NCBI GenBank assembly: GCA_043765495.1 | Contig: JAYUJA010000138.1 | Coordinates: forward strand, 3,797-67,796 | From: Bacteroidia bacterium | Lineage (GTDB): Bacteria; Bacteroidota; Bacteroidia; JAYUJA01 | Length of the DNA stretch: 64,000 nucleotides | Direction: 5' to 3' | Shown here: piece after piece, positions 9,131 to 18,644 of the stretch | Numbering within the stretch: position 1 is the stretch's first letter | How the letters are laid out: every line of letters starts with the position of its first letter | The notes under the pieces: model-generated | What the model was told of the DNA's origin: nothing | What the model saw: only the letters and a program-made list of their open reading frames with translations | Databases searched by the model: none | Program-made: the position numbers and the translations under genes

Positions 9131-12100
9131 TTATTTCTCTTCTTGTTTAGGAATTTCTGGGGTTATTTCTGGTTTTGGCGTTTCTTCTGTTGGTAGTATT
9201 TCTTTATTTTCTTTTGGTATTTCTTTTACTTTTGGACTTATATCAAAGTCAGTCAGCATAGTAGTTTTTTGCATACCATCGCCTACTGCATAGATATAGC
9301 CGTTTGCTTTCCTTCTACTTTTGCGAGTAGCATTATCTAGGTCTTGGTTAAATTCGTCGGAGTAAGAGTAGGCAGTCAGCATACCATCTAGGTATTCAAA
9401 ATAATACCATACATCTTTACTCATTTCTAGGTAGATGCCCATAAAATCCCCGCCACTTCGTTTTTGGATTACTATTTTTCCATTTATAAAACGGTTGAAT
9501 ACTTTCTTACCGATATTGTGTACTCCTATTTGTCCTTCGGAAATAAAGGCTTGTTTTTCTTTATTCCATACCATTGTCATATCACTAAAACCGATGGTAG
9601 ATCTTATTTCTTTGGGTAGTTTTGCTTTACTATTCGTACTTACTTGTTTATAAAATTTCTTATATCTTCTAGCACTTACCAACTGTTGTAGGCTATTTTT
9701 ATAATGGTCACTGTTGGTTTCTACCATTTTTCCACCTACGCCCATTGTTTCCATTATGTCGGTTATTTTAGAAATACCTTTGCTCCAAAAATCAAATTGA
9801 CACGCCATGAATAACCTGAACCTAGCGGTATCTTTTTTATAGTTTATGCTACCAGCGGTTATTAGTTCTAGTTCTGGTGTATTTTCCGTCATATTTATCT
9901 CTCCTGCTGCGTATCCTGTACAGGTAGTAGGTTGGTAAGATACTTGTATATCTGGTTCGTCAGCATTAGATTTTCTCTTTTTCTCCTTTTTTCTTTTGTG
10001 TTTTTTATCGAATTTTGCCAAACTATCTACCGGCAATGATGGCATATCTTTCGTGTAAGATAATTCTTTCGTAGCAGTATTGAATCCCCACGTACCGATA
10101 GCTGGTGTAATCATCACTTTGCTATTTTCTCCCACAGGCTTATCCGCTAGTAATCCCATTTTTACATCAAATACACTTTCTTGTACCATTGCTACTCCTA
10201 AAAAGAAACTATTCGTATCTGTATTGCCTAGTTCAAATGGGAATTGGATATTGTTCACGTCTGCTTCACCTGTATAATTTACGTAGCTACCTGCTAGCAT
10301 ATTTTTGCAAGGCACTATTGTTTTTATCCCTCCTTTGAAATAAAAATTTGGACGATAAGGGCTTATTTCTATGCTACCCGTATACTGCATGTAGGGGTTC
10401 AGTTTTAGGGTATCGCCTTCTTGTATTTGTACGAAAGTATAAGTATTGAGTAGCGAATCCGTGTAGGAGGTTTCTACTCTTACTTTTTGCGAATTACCTA
10501 ATCCATCTTTGTATAAATAATATCCTTGGCTACGACAGTGTTTTTTGTCCAATATTTCTACTTTTGCTTGTACTATTTCGTACTTATGTCTACTTTGTTT
10601 TATTTGCACGGTAGCGCTATCTAGGTCGCCTATTTTGCCATCAGGAGGTAGTATATCCATCTTGCCTTTATTAGGTGTTATATAAGCATCGGATATTTGT
10701 AGATTAGTAACTTTTTCACAGTGGATAATTTTATCTTTCACGTTATACAAAGCATATCCAGCTTCAAAAGACAAAGAATCTTGTTCAGGATTAAAAGAAA
10801 TAAATTTTGCTCTTGGATCAGATAATACTTCTAATTGTTTTTTTGCAAAATACCATTTTACTAATTTAGCATAGCACATAGCATATTGGTTACTATGGAA
10901 ATACATGCATGAGTCTATTCCTTGTATTTGCATATCCACTACGTCTTTTTCAAAATCCATTTTCATTTTCATACCAGCTGCCGTGAATAGTTCTAGCTTA
11001 TTGGTGGAGGTACTTTTTTCTGGGTCAAATAAAACGAATAATGCACTATCTGAACTTGCTACTTTATCGTTGAATAATATGTTTTTGCTAATGATGTCTC
11101 CACTTTCAAATGCTAGTGTACCATTTTTGCCCATAACACCTTGTTTGTTAATAGCCAATGTACCTTTTATGAATTTGCATTTATCGGAATAAAATTGTAC
11201 TCCTTTGGTAGGGAATAGTTCTAATTTATCGTTTTTAATATCCCATCGTACTTTTACATCTTCTGCTTTCATGTCTGGCTGTTTATCGGCGGCAGATGCG
11301 GTTGTTTTTACAGTAGATGCCATTCCTTTTACCGAGTCAGGATATAGTATCAGTTCTTTGGAAGTGAGTACGGTAGTGAGGTAGTTTATTGTTCCTTTTA
11401 ATGCTTTGAAGCCTTGATTACTTAAGTCTAGTTCGCCTGTGTAGGTTGCTTTTCCATTGTACATACTGAATGGACTAGCCACTGGCACGGTTTCTTGTAT
11501 ACCGAAAGAGTAGTCAGGTCTTATTTTTAGTACAGATTTGAAAGCAGGGAATATACTGGCTGGCATCATAGTACCAGCAAGTTTAATGCCATTAGGATTG
11601 AAATTATCTAAACTATCTATTATAAATGGGTCTATTGCAAATTTGAAGGTATCTTCTTTGTATACATTACCTTGTGCATTATAGTATTCATAATAAGCAA
11701 AAGCAGGGTCAATATTGTTAAATATAGGGTATTGTGGGTATTTTTTAGCTTTTAAGCCTGATTTATTATCTGGGTTGTCTATTTCTAATTTCCCTTTTAC
11801 TATTTGTATACGTGTTTTAATGTCTATGAGTTCGTATTTGCCATATCTATCTCTTTTTTTGCCTTCAATTTTCACGTGTACCGAATCTATTTTATTCAGA
11901 TTTATCGTAAATTTATCGTAATCAAAATCGATTGTTTTTCCAAAAAAATCAAATTTACCTGCTTGCACCATTCCATCAAACACAAAATTCCTATTCTTTT
12001 TAACTATTATTTTTTCATCAATCGGATAGATGTATACTTGCTGGGAATCACTCAAATATACCATTTCTATTCCTTTTATAATCAAGTCTTTGGTGTATAA

Positions 12101-13735
12101 ATTCAGTTCTGCATTATTTTCTTTTGCTCCTGTTTGAGAGTTAAATTCTAATACATCGTAATCTACTCTTCTCATTTTAGCTTGCAAGTACTTCTCTGCT
12201 TTGTCTTTTACGTATATTTTATCTTTTCCTGCGTCGTAGAGTATATATCCTTGATCTGCTAGGCGGTATATCATTTGTTTTGCTTGTATTGCTTCATATT
12301 TAGAACATCGTATAAATTCTGCCCCTGTGATAGTAGATCCAGCTCCACCACTACAATCCCCCAAAATATTCAAAGCACTTTTACCGTACATATTTTCTTT
12401 CAATGCAGCTAACCTATCTAGTCGGAACATGTCATAGGATTCAAATCTTGCTTTACTGGTTTGGGAGTTCATGATAGACGTAAACCGTACTACGGAGTCT
12501 TTTACATTCCAGTATACAGCTTCGTTGTATATATCCAGTTGGTGGTAGGTATCCGTGAATGGGCTTTGACTAGCCGAAGCGTCTGCGGGACGGAATATAC
12601 TTACTTGTTTTTCGGCATCTATGTATTTGAAATCCAATCCCATGTTTACAATAGAATCTTTTTCTAAATAGATAGAAATGGTCATATCTTTGCCTATAAT
12701 CTTTTTATCTTTGAACATCAGATTTTTGCCTGTAGCTCTCATTTTTACTACATTATTTTGTTTTATCAATACTTCTGCGTTTATTCCTTGGCTTTGCTCG
12801 TGTACCAATCCACTGCCATACAAATTAGCTCCTCCTAGATAATCTATATTTTCAAACACATCTTTTAACAATAAGGGGGCTTCGTAGGAAGAAAAACGAG
12901 GATATTGTACTTCTTTGGGATCTTTTATAAAAGATTCGCTTAATTTATCTTTGTATTTTCCGAGTATTTTTTTATTCAAAATTTTTGGATAGGAAAGCGT
13001 CACAGAATCTGCTTCCCAATTAGCGTTTTTAGTGTTGATAGTATAACGTTTTAGGGTAGCATAAGCGTCTTTTTCATCAATGGCAGCACGTGTCCAGTTT
13101 ACAGTACCATCTTTCCCTTTCCATATATTTCTTTCTACATGGAATGTTCCTTTGGTGTTTTTTATCGTACCACTATCTCTATCCGATACATACTTCAAAC
13201 TTAACTCTTCAAAATATATTCTAAACGAAGTATCTGCCTTAAAGGAATAAGTAGGATTTTCGGCTATCCATTGGTAGTTTCTATTATCTTTTAGAATATA
13301 AGCATTGCCAAATCCCTTTACAAAACCAACAAGAAGTTCTACTTTTTGGTATTTTTTATCTTTTATTAAAGTAGAAATATACTGTTGTAATATAGCTAGA
13401 TTAGCAGTGTTTTTTAATTGCAAGCTTTGTATTCCTTGTAAATATCCTAATAAATTGTGGTTATTTATTTTTCTTTCCGCTAGCAGTCTAGCAGTTTCTA
13501 CGATACTATTACGGGTATTTTCGTCTAATTCTGCTGCCCAGAAAGTGTTTAATTTTTCTACTATTGGTTCTGCTTCCTTGTCCTTTAATCCTTCTTGGTT
13601 TTTAATAATAGAAAAAGCTTCTTTCACAAAAGTCTCTTTATTTCCTGTTATATTTTGTGAATAAGAGGTAATGGATACCACACCACAAAGAATTAAAATA
13701 AATATTTTTATATAATTAGTAGAAAAATAATGCAT
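9131..13735 (-). CDS. Very large secreted protein of unknown function (1534 aa)
   Basis: N-terminal signal peptide (IFILILCGVVSITSYSQ). No recognisable catalytic motif. Internal polybasic stretch KKHKRKKEKKRK and a Pro/Glu/Lys-rich C-terminal tail. It is the first gene of the tightly spaced cluster with yggS and tamB. Confidence 0.6.
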   Translation of the reverse strand: MHYFSTNYIKIFILILCGVVSITSYSQNITGNKETFVKEAFSIIKNQEGLKDKEAEPIVEKLNTFWAAELDENTRNSIVETARLLAERKINNHNLLGYLQGIQSLQLKNTANLAILQQYISTLIKDKKYQKVELLVGFVKGFGNAYILKDNRNYQWIAENPTYSFKADTSFRIYFEELSLKYVSDRDSGTIKNTKGTFHVERNIWKGKDGTVNWTRAAIDEKDAYATLKRYTINTKNANWEADSVTLSYPKILNKKILGKYKDKLSESFIKDPKEVQYPRFSSYEAPLLLKDVFENIDYLGGANLYGSGLVHEQSQGINAEVLIKQNNVVKMRATGKNLMFKDKKIIGKDMTISIYLEKDSIVNMGLDFKYIDAEKQVSIFRPADASASQSPFTDTYHQLDIYNEAVYWNVKDSVVRFTSIMNSQTSKARFESYDMFRLDRLAALKENMYGKSALNILGDCSGGAGSTITGAEFIRCSKYEAIQAKQMIYRLADQGYILYDAGKDKIYVKDKAEKYLQAKMRRVDYDVLEFNSQTGAKENNAELNLYTKDLIIKGIEMVYLSDSQQVYIYPIDEKIIVKKNRNFVFDGMVQAGKFDFFGKTIDFDYDKFTINLNKIDSVHVKIEGKKRDRYGKYELIDIKTRIQIVKGKLEIDNPDNKSGLKAKKYPQYPIFNNIDPAFAYYEYYNAQGNVYKEDTFKFAIDPFIIDSLDNFNPNGIKLAGTMMPASIFPAFKSVLKIRPDYSFGIQETVPVASPFSMYNGKATYTGELDLSNQGFKALKGTINYLTTVLTSKELILYPDSVKGMASTVKTTASAADKQPDMKAEDVKVRWDIKNDKLELFPTKGVQFYSDKCKFIKGTLAINKQGVMGKNGTLAFESGDIISKNILFNDKVASSDSALFVLFDPEKSTSTNKLELFTAAGMKMKMDFEKDVVDMQIQGIDSCMYFHSNQYAMCYAKLVKWYFAKKQLEVLSDPRAKFISFNPEQDSLSFEAGYALYNVKDKIIHCEKVTNLQISDAYITPNKGKMDILPPDGKIGDLDSATVQIKQSRHKYEIVQAKVEILDKKHCRSQGYYLYKDGLGNSQKVRVETSYTDSLLNTYTFVQIQEGDTLKLNPYMQYTGSIEISPYRPNFYFKGGIKTIVPCKNMLAGSYVNYTGEADVNNIQFPFELGNTDTNSFFLGVAMVQESVFDVKMGLLADKPVGENSKVMITPAIGTWGFNTATKELSYTKDMPSLPVDSLAKFDKKHKRKKEKKRKSNADEPDIQVSYQPTTCTGYAAGEINMTENTPELELITAGSINYKKDTARFRLFMACQFDFWSKGISKITDIMETMGVGGKMVETNSDHYKNSLQQLVSARRYKKFYKQVSTNSKAKLPKEIRSTIGFSDMTMVWNKEKQAFISEGQIGVHNIGKKVFNRFINGKIVIQKRSGGDFMGIYLEMSKDVWYYFEYLDGMLTAYSYSDEFNQDLDNATRKSRRKANGYIYAVGDGMQKTTMLTDFDISPKVKEIPKENKEILPTEETPKPEITPEIPKQEEK

Positions 13736-13860
13736 AGTAGAATAGTTGTTTTTAGTATTGCAAATATAGTATTTATATTAAAATGGGATAGAAAATAACA
13801 GTATTAATTAGCTGATATTAAAATATTTCATCTTTTTGGTATTTTTTTATAAAAATAGGT

Positions 13861-13868
13861 TACTTTTG
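13861..13868 (+). promoter_or_regulatory. Candidate -7 box (TACTTTTG)
   Basis: TAnnTTTG match 28 nt upstream of the likely ATG at 13897. Confidence 0.4.
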
Positions 13869-13896
13869 TAATATTATTAAATTAATCGTGTGTTTT

Positions 13897-16800
13897 ATGA
13901 AGTTATTTTCTTTGTTTTTTACGTTATTAACGTTTAATACGTTTGTATTTAGTCAAATATCCAGCATACAACAGCAATACGAGCAATACAATAATTATGC
14001 CATACCTACCGATAGTGGCTGGGATAGCCTTTCTATCCTCCAAGGACAACCAACAGTGGGTGCTATGCCAATGAATAAAAGTGGCTGCTCTTTGAACAAA
14101 AAAGTGTTTGGCTTCCACCCTACTTGGTCAGGTACAGCGTATCAAAATTATGACTGGACATTACTTTCAGATTATTCTTATTTTAGCTACGATGTAAGTG
14201 CGAGTACAGGACAAAATAATAACGGTAATTTTATATGGGCTTCGCACGGTGGTATCACACAAGCCCAAGCAAACAATGTGAATACTGGTTTTTCGGTAGT
14301 ATTATTTCAAAGCCATACTACTTTTTTCAACAGCACTACCGCAAAACAAAATCTGATTACTAATATTATATCTTTATTACAACAAAGAAATGCAAAACAT
14401 GTCTGCATTGATTTTGAAGGAATGAATTCTACTCACCGACTAGCTTTTACTAATTTTATACATAGTTTAAGAACTAGCCTAGACGCAGCACTCCCAGGTA
14501 TAGAAATATACCTAGCTATCCCTTCCAAAGAATGGTCTTATACATTCGATGTAAGCGCTTTGAATTCAGATGTAAATTATTATATATTAATGGGATACGA
14601 TTATTACTATTCAGGAAGTGGCTATGCAGGCCCTACCGACCCATTGTACCAAAAAAGAAGTAGCGACAATGATTTATACATCACTGCTTCTATCAATACT
14701 TGGCTGAATAATGGTATAGCAAACAGTAAACTATTGCTAGCAGTAGCATATTATGGTCGTAGCTGGAAAACAAACGGATCTACTGTCAATGCTCCCACAC
14801 TCGGAAGTAGCTCTTCTTTATTATGTAAAGATATGGAAAACAATACACAAGGCTACTATTCCAACCCTATATGGGATAGCCAAAGTAATAGCTGGCGGTA
14901 TAGTTATATAAAAAATGGAGCCGATTACCAAGCTTATTGTAATAAACCCAATACACTAGAAGAAAGATACGACATAGTGAATAATTATAATCTGGCAGGA
15001 ATAGCTATCTGGGCGTTAGGGTATGATAATGGGTATACTACTTACTGGGAAGCAATCCGTGAAAAACTAACTAGCTGCCAAGAAGCCGATTGTACCGATA
15101 CTATCTACGATATGGGTGGAGCCAATGGTGTATACACTGGACAAGACGATTATACTATTACTGTACGTTCTGCTAGTCAAACAGGGCAAAGAATAGCTAT
15201 CAAATTTAACCAACTGGATATAGAAAGCCCTTTGAATGGCACAGTATACGACTATATTTTATTGTACGATGGGGCTACTACCTCTGCTGCTTTATTGCAC
15301 GATACTATTTATGGTACTACACTGCCGCCCACACTTTACACTACTTCTAACGTATTTACCCTAAAATTTCATTCCGACCTTTCCATAGAAAAAGAAGGAT
15401 TCGCACTGGTATGGAAATGCGAAGACGGTGGAACTATTCTCACCCAAGACACCCAAATACCTACCACCGATTTTAATCTACACAACAACCCCAATTGGAT
15501 AACCCAAAATACACTCATAGAATTTCAAGATGAGGATAACCAAGGAGTGAATAATATAGAAAAGAAATACCTATTAATAGCCAATCATACTGGCATTACG
15601 TGGAAAGCAAATAATGACAACGGATTTTATTACACCGATTTTACACAAATAGCAGATTGGCAATCGCCTGTTGGTACTTGGAGCTTACAATCCAACGATA
15701 TGTACACCCAAAGCGATGAATCCATAAGTAATACCAATGCCTATACTGCCGTTAATCAGTCTAATTCCAAAGAATACCTTTACCATTTCCGTATAAAAAC
15801 AGAAGGAAGTAGTAGTACTAAAAGATTTGGAATACACCTTATGGCTACGAATCCTACTGCTGCTAATAGAGGTAACGGATACTTTGTTTGGTTAAGAGAA
15901 AGCCAGCAAAAAGTAGAATTTTATAAAGTAAGAAATGATACCCTACTACTAGTACAAACGTTCACCAATATAGTAAGTGGCGGCAACTGGAAAGATTATA
16001 AAGTAAGCTATAATAGACAAACAGGAGAACTTCGTTTATTTATCGATAATCTATTTATTGGCAATTGGGTAGATGCAAACCCCTATACAACAGGGCAATA
16101 TGTATCTTTCCGAACAGGAAATTGTAAAGTAAATATTGATTTTCTACATATTTATAAAAACAGAACAGCAGCTTACTATGCTTCCGTAGGCGATGCAGCA
16201 TTAAATGATATCCGCTATCCTACTAGCTATGGAAGTAGTATATTGCCAGCAAAGGTAAAAAGTGTAGTCATGGATTTTTCTCGTAATGTATCTACCATAG
16301 TGACAAAAGATTACCAAGTGGATTATACTGCTCCTGATAGTACTATATCTCTAATAGATGGCTTATACATAGATATTGATACACAAAATTATACCACTTC
16401 TTTTACAGCATCTTGGCAGCCGAGCAATGAACCTAATTCGGGTATTAAAGAATATTGGGTTGGACTAGGAAGCACACCCAATACAGTGGATATAGTAGAC
16501 TGGCAGCCAGCAGGAAATACTGCTACTAGCATTACATTTAACAACCTAAATTTACAACTAGGTGCACGCTATTACTTCCGAATACAAGTAGAAAACAACG
16601 CAGGACTTGCTACAAACGAGATGCACAGTGATGGCGTATTAATAAATGCCACAGAAAATAATCCCACTAGTAGTATTTCGGATTCTAAAACTACGATGGC
16701 ACAAATTTTTGTAAACAATAATACATTGCAAGTTTTGCCTAACCAGTCTAATAAATTTACTATTCTAGTAACCGATATTGCAGGCAAAGAAATTAATAAT

Positions 16801-16926
16801 AGTACTCTTTTTTTAGAAGAAAAATCTACACATACTATTTCTATGCCCACGTTAGCTATTGGTTATTACATCATTACCATAAGAACAAATACTGCTTCTC
16901 AATCGTATAAATATTATAAATACTAA
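13897..16926 (+). CDS. Multidomain GH18-family (chitinase/ENGase-like) protein with a T9SS type-A C-terminal sorting domain
   Basis: The signal peptide MKLFSLFFTLLTFNTFVFSQ begins at the second ATG. The GH18 core has YYGRSW and LAGIAIWALGYD blocks and a KHVCIDFEG catalytic region in which the Glu is retained but the two upstream Asp are replaced. Lectin/ConA-like and FN3-like regions follow. The C-terminal ~70 aa look like a T9SS CTD (…YYIITIRTN…). Confidence 0.65.
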   Translation: MKLFSLFFTLLTFNTFVFSQISSIQQQYEQYNNYAIPTDSGWDSLSILQGQPTVGAMPMNKSGCSLNKKVFGFHPTWSGTAYQNYDWTLLSDYSYFSYDVSASTGQNNNGNFIWASHGGITQAQANNVNTGFSVVLFQSHTTFFNSTTAKQNLITNIISLLQQRNAKHVCIDFEGMNSTHRLAFTNFIHSLRTSLDAALPGIEIYLAIPSKEWSYTFDVSALNSDVNYYILMGYDYYYSGSGYAGPTDPLYQKRSSDNDLYITASINTWLNNGIANSKLLLAVAYYGRSWKTNGSTVNAPTLGSSSSLLCKDMENNTQGYYSNPIWDSQSNSWRYSYIKNGADYQAYCNKPNTLEERYDIVNNYNLAGIAIWALGYDNGYTTYWEAIREKLTSCQEADCTDTIYDMGGANGVYTGQDDYTITVRSASQTGQRIAIKFNQLDIESPLNGTVYDYILLYDGATTSAALLHDTIYGTTLPPTLYTTSNVFTLKFHSDLSIEKEGFALVWKCEDGGTILTQDTQIPTTDFNLHNNPNWITQNTLIEFQDEDNQGVNNIEKKYLLIANHTGITWKANNDNGFYYTDFTQIADWQSPVGTWSLQSNDMYTQSDESISNTNAYTAVNQSNSKEYLYHFRIKTEGSSSTKRFGIHLMATNPTAANRGNGYFVWLRESQQKVEFYKVRNDTLLLVQTFTNIVSGGNWKDYKVSYNRQTGELRLFIDNLFIGNWVDANPYTTGQYVSFRTGNCKVNIDFLHIYKNRTAAYYASVGDAALNDIRYPTSYGSSILPAKVKSVVMDFSRNVSTIVTKDYQVDYTAPDSTISLIDGLYIDIDTQNYTTSFTASWQPSNEPNSGIKEYWVGLGSTPNTVDIVDWQPAGNTATSITFNNLNLQLGARYYFRIQVENNAGLATNEMHSDGVLINATENNPTSSISDSKTTMAQIFVNNNTLQVLPNQSNKFTILVTDIAGKEINNSTLFLEEKSTHTISMPTLAIGYYIITIRTNTASQSYKYYKY

Positions 16927-18320
16927 CACACCATCTCGTTAATAATCTCTTTACTGTCTAAAATAATTTTTTGAGCTAGATTATTTGCTGCTATTAGGCT
17001 TTCACTTTCTGCGTAGATGCGTATAATAGGTTCTGTATTAGATTTTCGTAGATGTATCCATTCTTTTTCTAAAATTATTTTTACCCCATCTGTAGTATCA
17101 ATGGGGTATTTTTCATATTTTTCTTTTATTTTTTGAAGAAGGGTATCTATGTTTATGTCTTCGGTTAATTCTATTTTGTTTTTAGAAATAACATAGTTCG
17201 GATAACTCGCTCGTAGCATCGATACCGTATTTCCGTATTCTGCTAGCTGGGATAAGAATAATGCTATACCTACCATAGCATCTCTACCATAGTGCAGTTC
17301 TGGGAGTATTATTCCACCATTGCCTTCGCCTCCGATGATAGCATTTACTTCTTTCATTTTAGTGACTACATTCACTTCCCCTACAGCCGAAGCATAGTAT
17401 TGCATACCAGCTTTTTCGGTTACATCTTGTAATGCCCTAGTAGAAGATAAATTAGAAACTGTATTTCCTTTATTTTTAGATAAAACATAGTCCGCTACTG
17501 TTACCAAAGTATATTCTTCTCCAAAAGCTTCCCCATCTTCACAAATAAAAGCAAGTCTATCTACATCAGGGTCTACGGCTATTCCTAGGTGAGCACCTTG
17601 TTTTAATACTTCAGTAGATAATTCGTGTAAATGTTCAGGTAACGGTTCAGGATTGTGTGCAAAATTTCCATGCATTTCAGAGTTTATCAATTTTATTTGC
17701 ATTACGCCAAGAGCTTCCAACAAAGCAGGTACAGCTATTGCTCCGATAGAATTAATAGGATCTACTACTATCTTAAAATTAGCTTTTTGAATAGCTTCTT
17801 TGTTAATGTAGGATAATGCAAGTATTTGTTGGATATGTGTGTGAAGGGTATCTTTTTTTAAAATATTTCCAAGAGAATCCACATCTACGAATTCAAATCC
17901 TTCTTCTTCTGCTATTTCTAAAACTTCTTCGCCATCTTTACCAGATATAAATTCGCCACGTTCATTTAATAGCTTAAGGGCGTTCCATTGTTTTGGATTA
18001 TGACTAGCTGTAAGAATAATCGCTCCTTGTGCATTTTCGTTTTCTACCGTCATCGCTACACCTGGTGTGGTAGCTAGTCCTACATATAGGATAGTGACAC
18101 CGATACTTTGTAACGAAGCCACTACTAACGCATTTATCATCTCCCCTGATATCCTAGCATCTCTTCCTACTACGATAGTTATACTAGAATTGTTATTCCT
18201 GTTTTTTAGCCAAGTACCAAAAGCAAGTGTAAATTTTACAACATCTAATGGACTTAATGAATTACCAATTTTTCCGCCTATGGTGCCACGTATACCAGAA
18301 ATAGATTTTATTAAAGTCAT
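16923..18320 (-). CDS. glmM: Phosphoglucosamine mutase
   Basis: GIRGTIGG N-terminal motif and a TASHNP phosphoserine loop. Start set at MTLIKSISGIRG (18320). The ORF track's longer 18359 start adds a hydrophobic extension. Confidence 0.85.
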   Translation of the reverse strand: MTLIKSISGIRGTIGGKIGNSLSPLDVVKFTLAFGTWLKNRNNNSSITIVVGRDARISGEMINALVVASLQSIGVTILYVGLATTPGVAMTVENENAQGAIILTASHNPKQWNALKLLNERGEFISGKDGEEVLEIAEEEGFEFVDVDSLGNILKKDTLHTHIQQILALSYINKEAIQKANFKIVVDPINSIGAIAVPALLEALGVMQIKLINSEMHGNFAHNPEPLPEHLHELSTEVLKQGAHLGIAVDPDVDRLAFICEDGEAFGEEYTLVTVADYVLSKNKGNTVSNLSSTRALQDVTEKAGMQYYASAVGEVNVVTKMKEVNAIIGGEGNGGIILPELHYGRDAMVGIALFLSQLAEYGNTVSMLRASYPNYVISKNKIELTEDINIDTLLQKIKEKYEKYPIDTTDGVKIILEKEWIHLRKSNTEPIIRIYAESESLIAANNLAQKIILDSKEIINEMVC

Positions 18321-18592
18321 ATATTTTGTAAATAGGATATAAAACACAAAATAAATCATTAATATAACAACTTATTTTACATTAAAGTTTTTACATTATG
18401 TTAATAAATACATAATCGAAATGTATTTTATTATTCATAATATGGTTTAATAAAACTTAAACATGGTTGTTTTTTGTGCTGACAAATATACTATTTTCTA
18501 AAAATAAAAAACAATCAAACTGCTACATTATGTTAATATAAATTAAAATAGTAAGTATTATTGTTAATAGATTTAGGTATTAAAAAATTAAT

Positions 18593-18600
18593 TACTTTTG
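18593..18600 (+). promoter_or_regulatory. Candidate -7 box (TACTTTTG) for pnp
   Basis: TAnnTTTG match 44 nt upstream of the pnp ATG at 18645. Confidence 0.4.
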
Positions 18601-18644
18601 CAGGGAATTATTATACATTTTATATTTATCCAATAATAGACATT

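Noticed and set aside
9435-13664. Several 65-119 aa plus-strand ORFs antisense to the 1534-aa gene
   Set aside because: These are embedded in a long, clean opposite-strand ORF. The same argument applies as for the tamB antisense ORFs.
16923-16926. 4-nt overlap between the stop codons of the convergent GH18 and glmM genes
   Set aside because: Convergent stop-codon overlaps are common in compact genomes and carry no functional implication on their own.
18561-18644. Long N-terminal extensions in ORF-track starts for pnp (18561), 3-hydroxybutyryl-CoA DH (50516), permease (32852), upp (52220, a TTG) and others
   Set aside because: The extensions are hydrophobic or low-complexity and precede a conserved N-terminal motif and a well-placed internal ATG. 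In two cases they start inside the predicted -7 promoter box.
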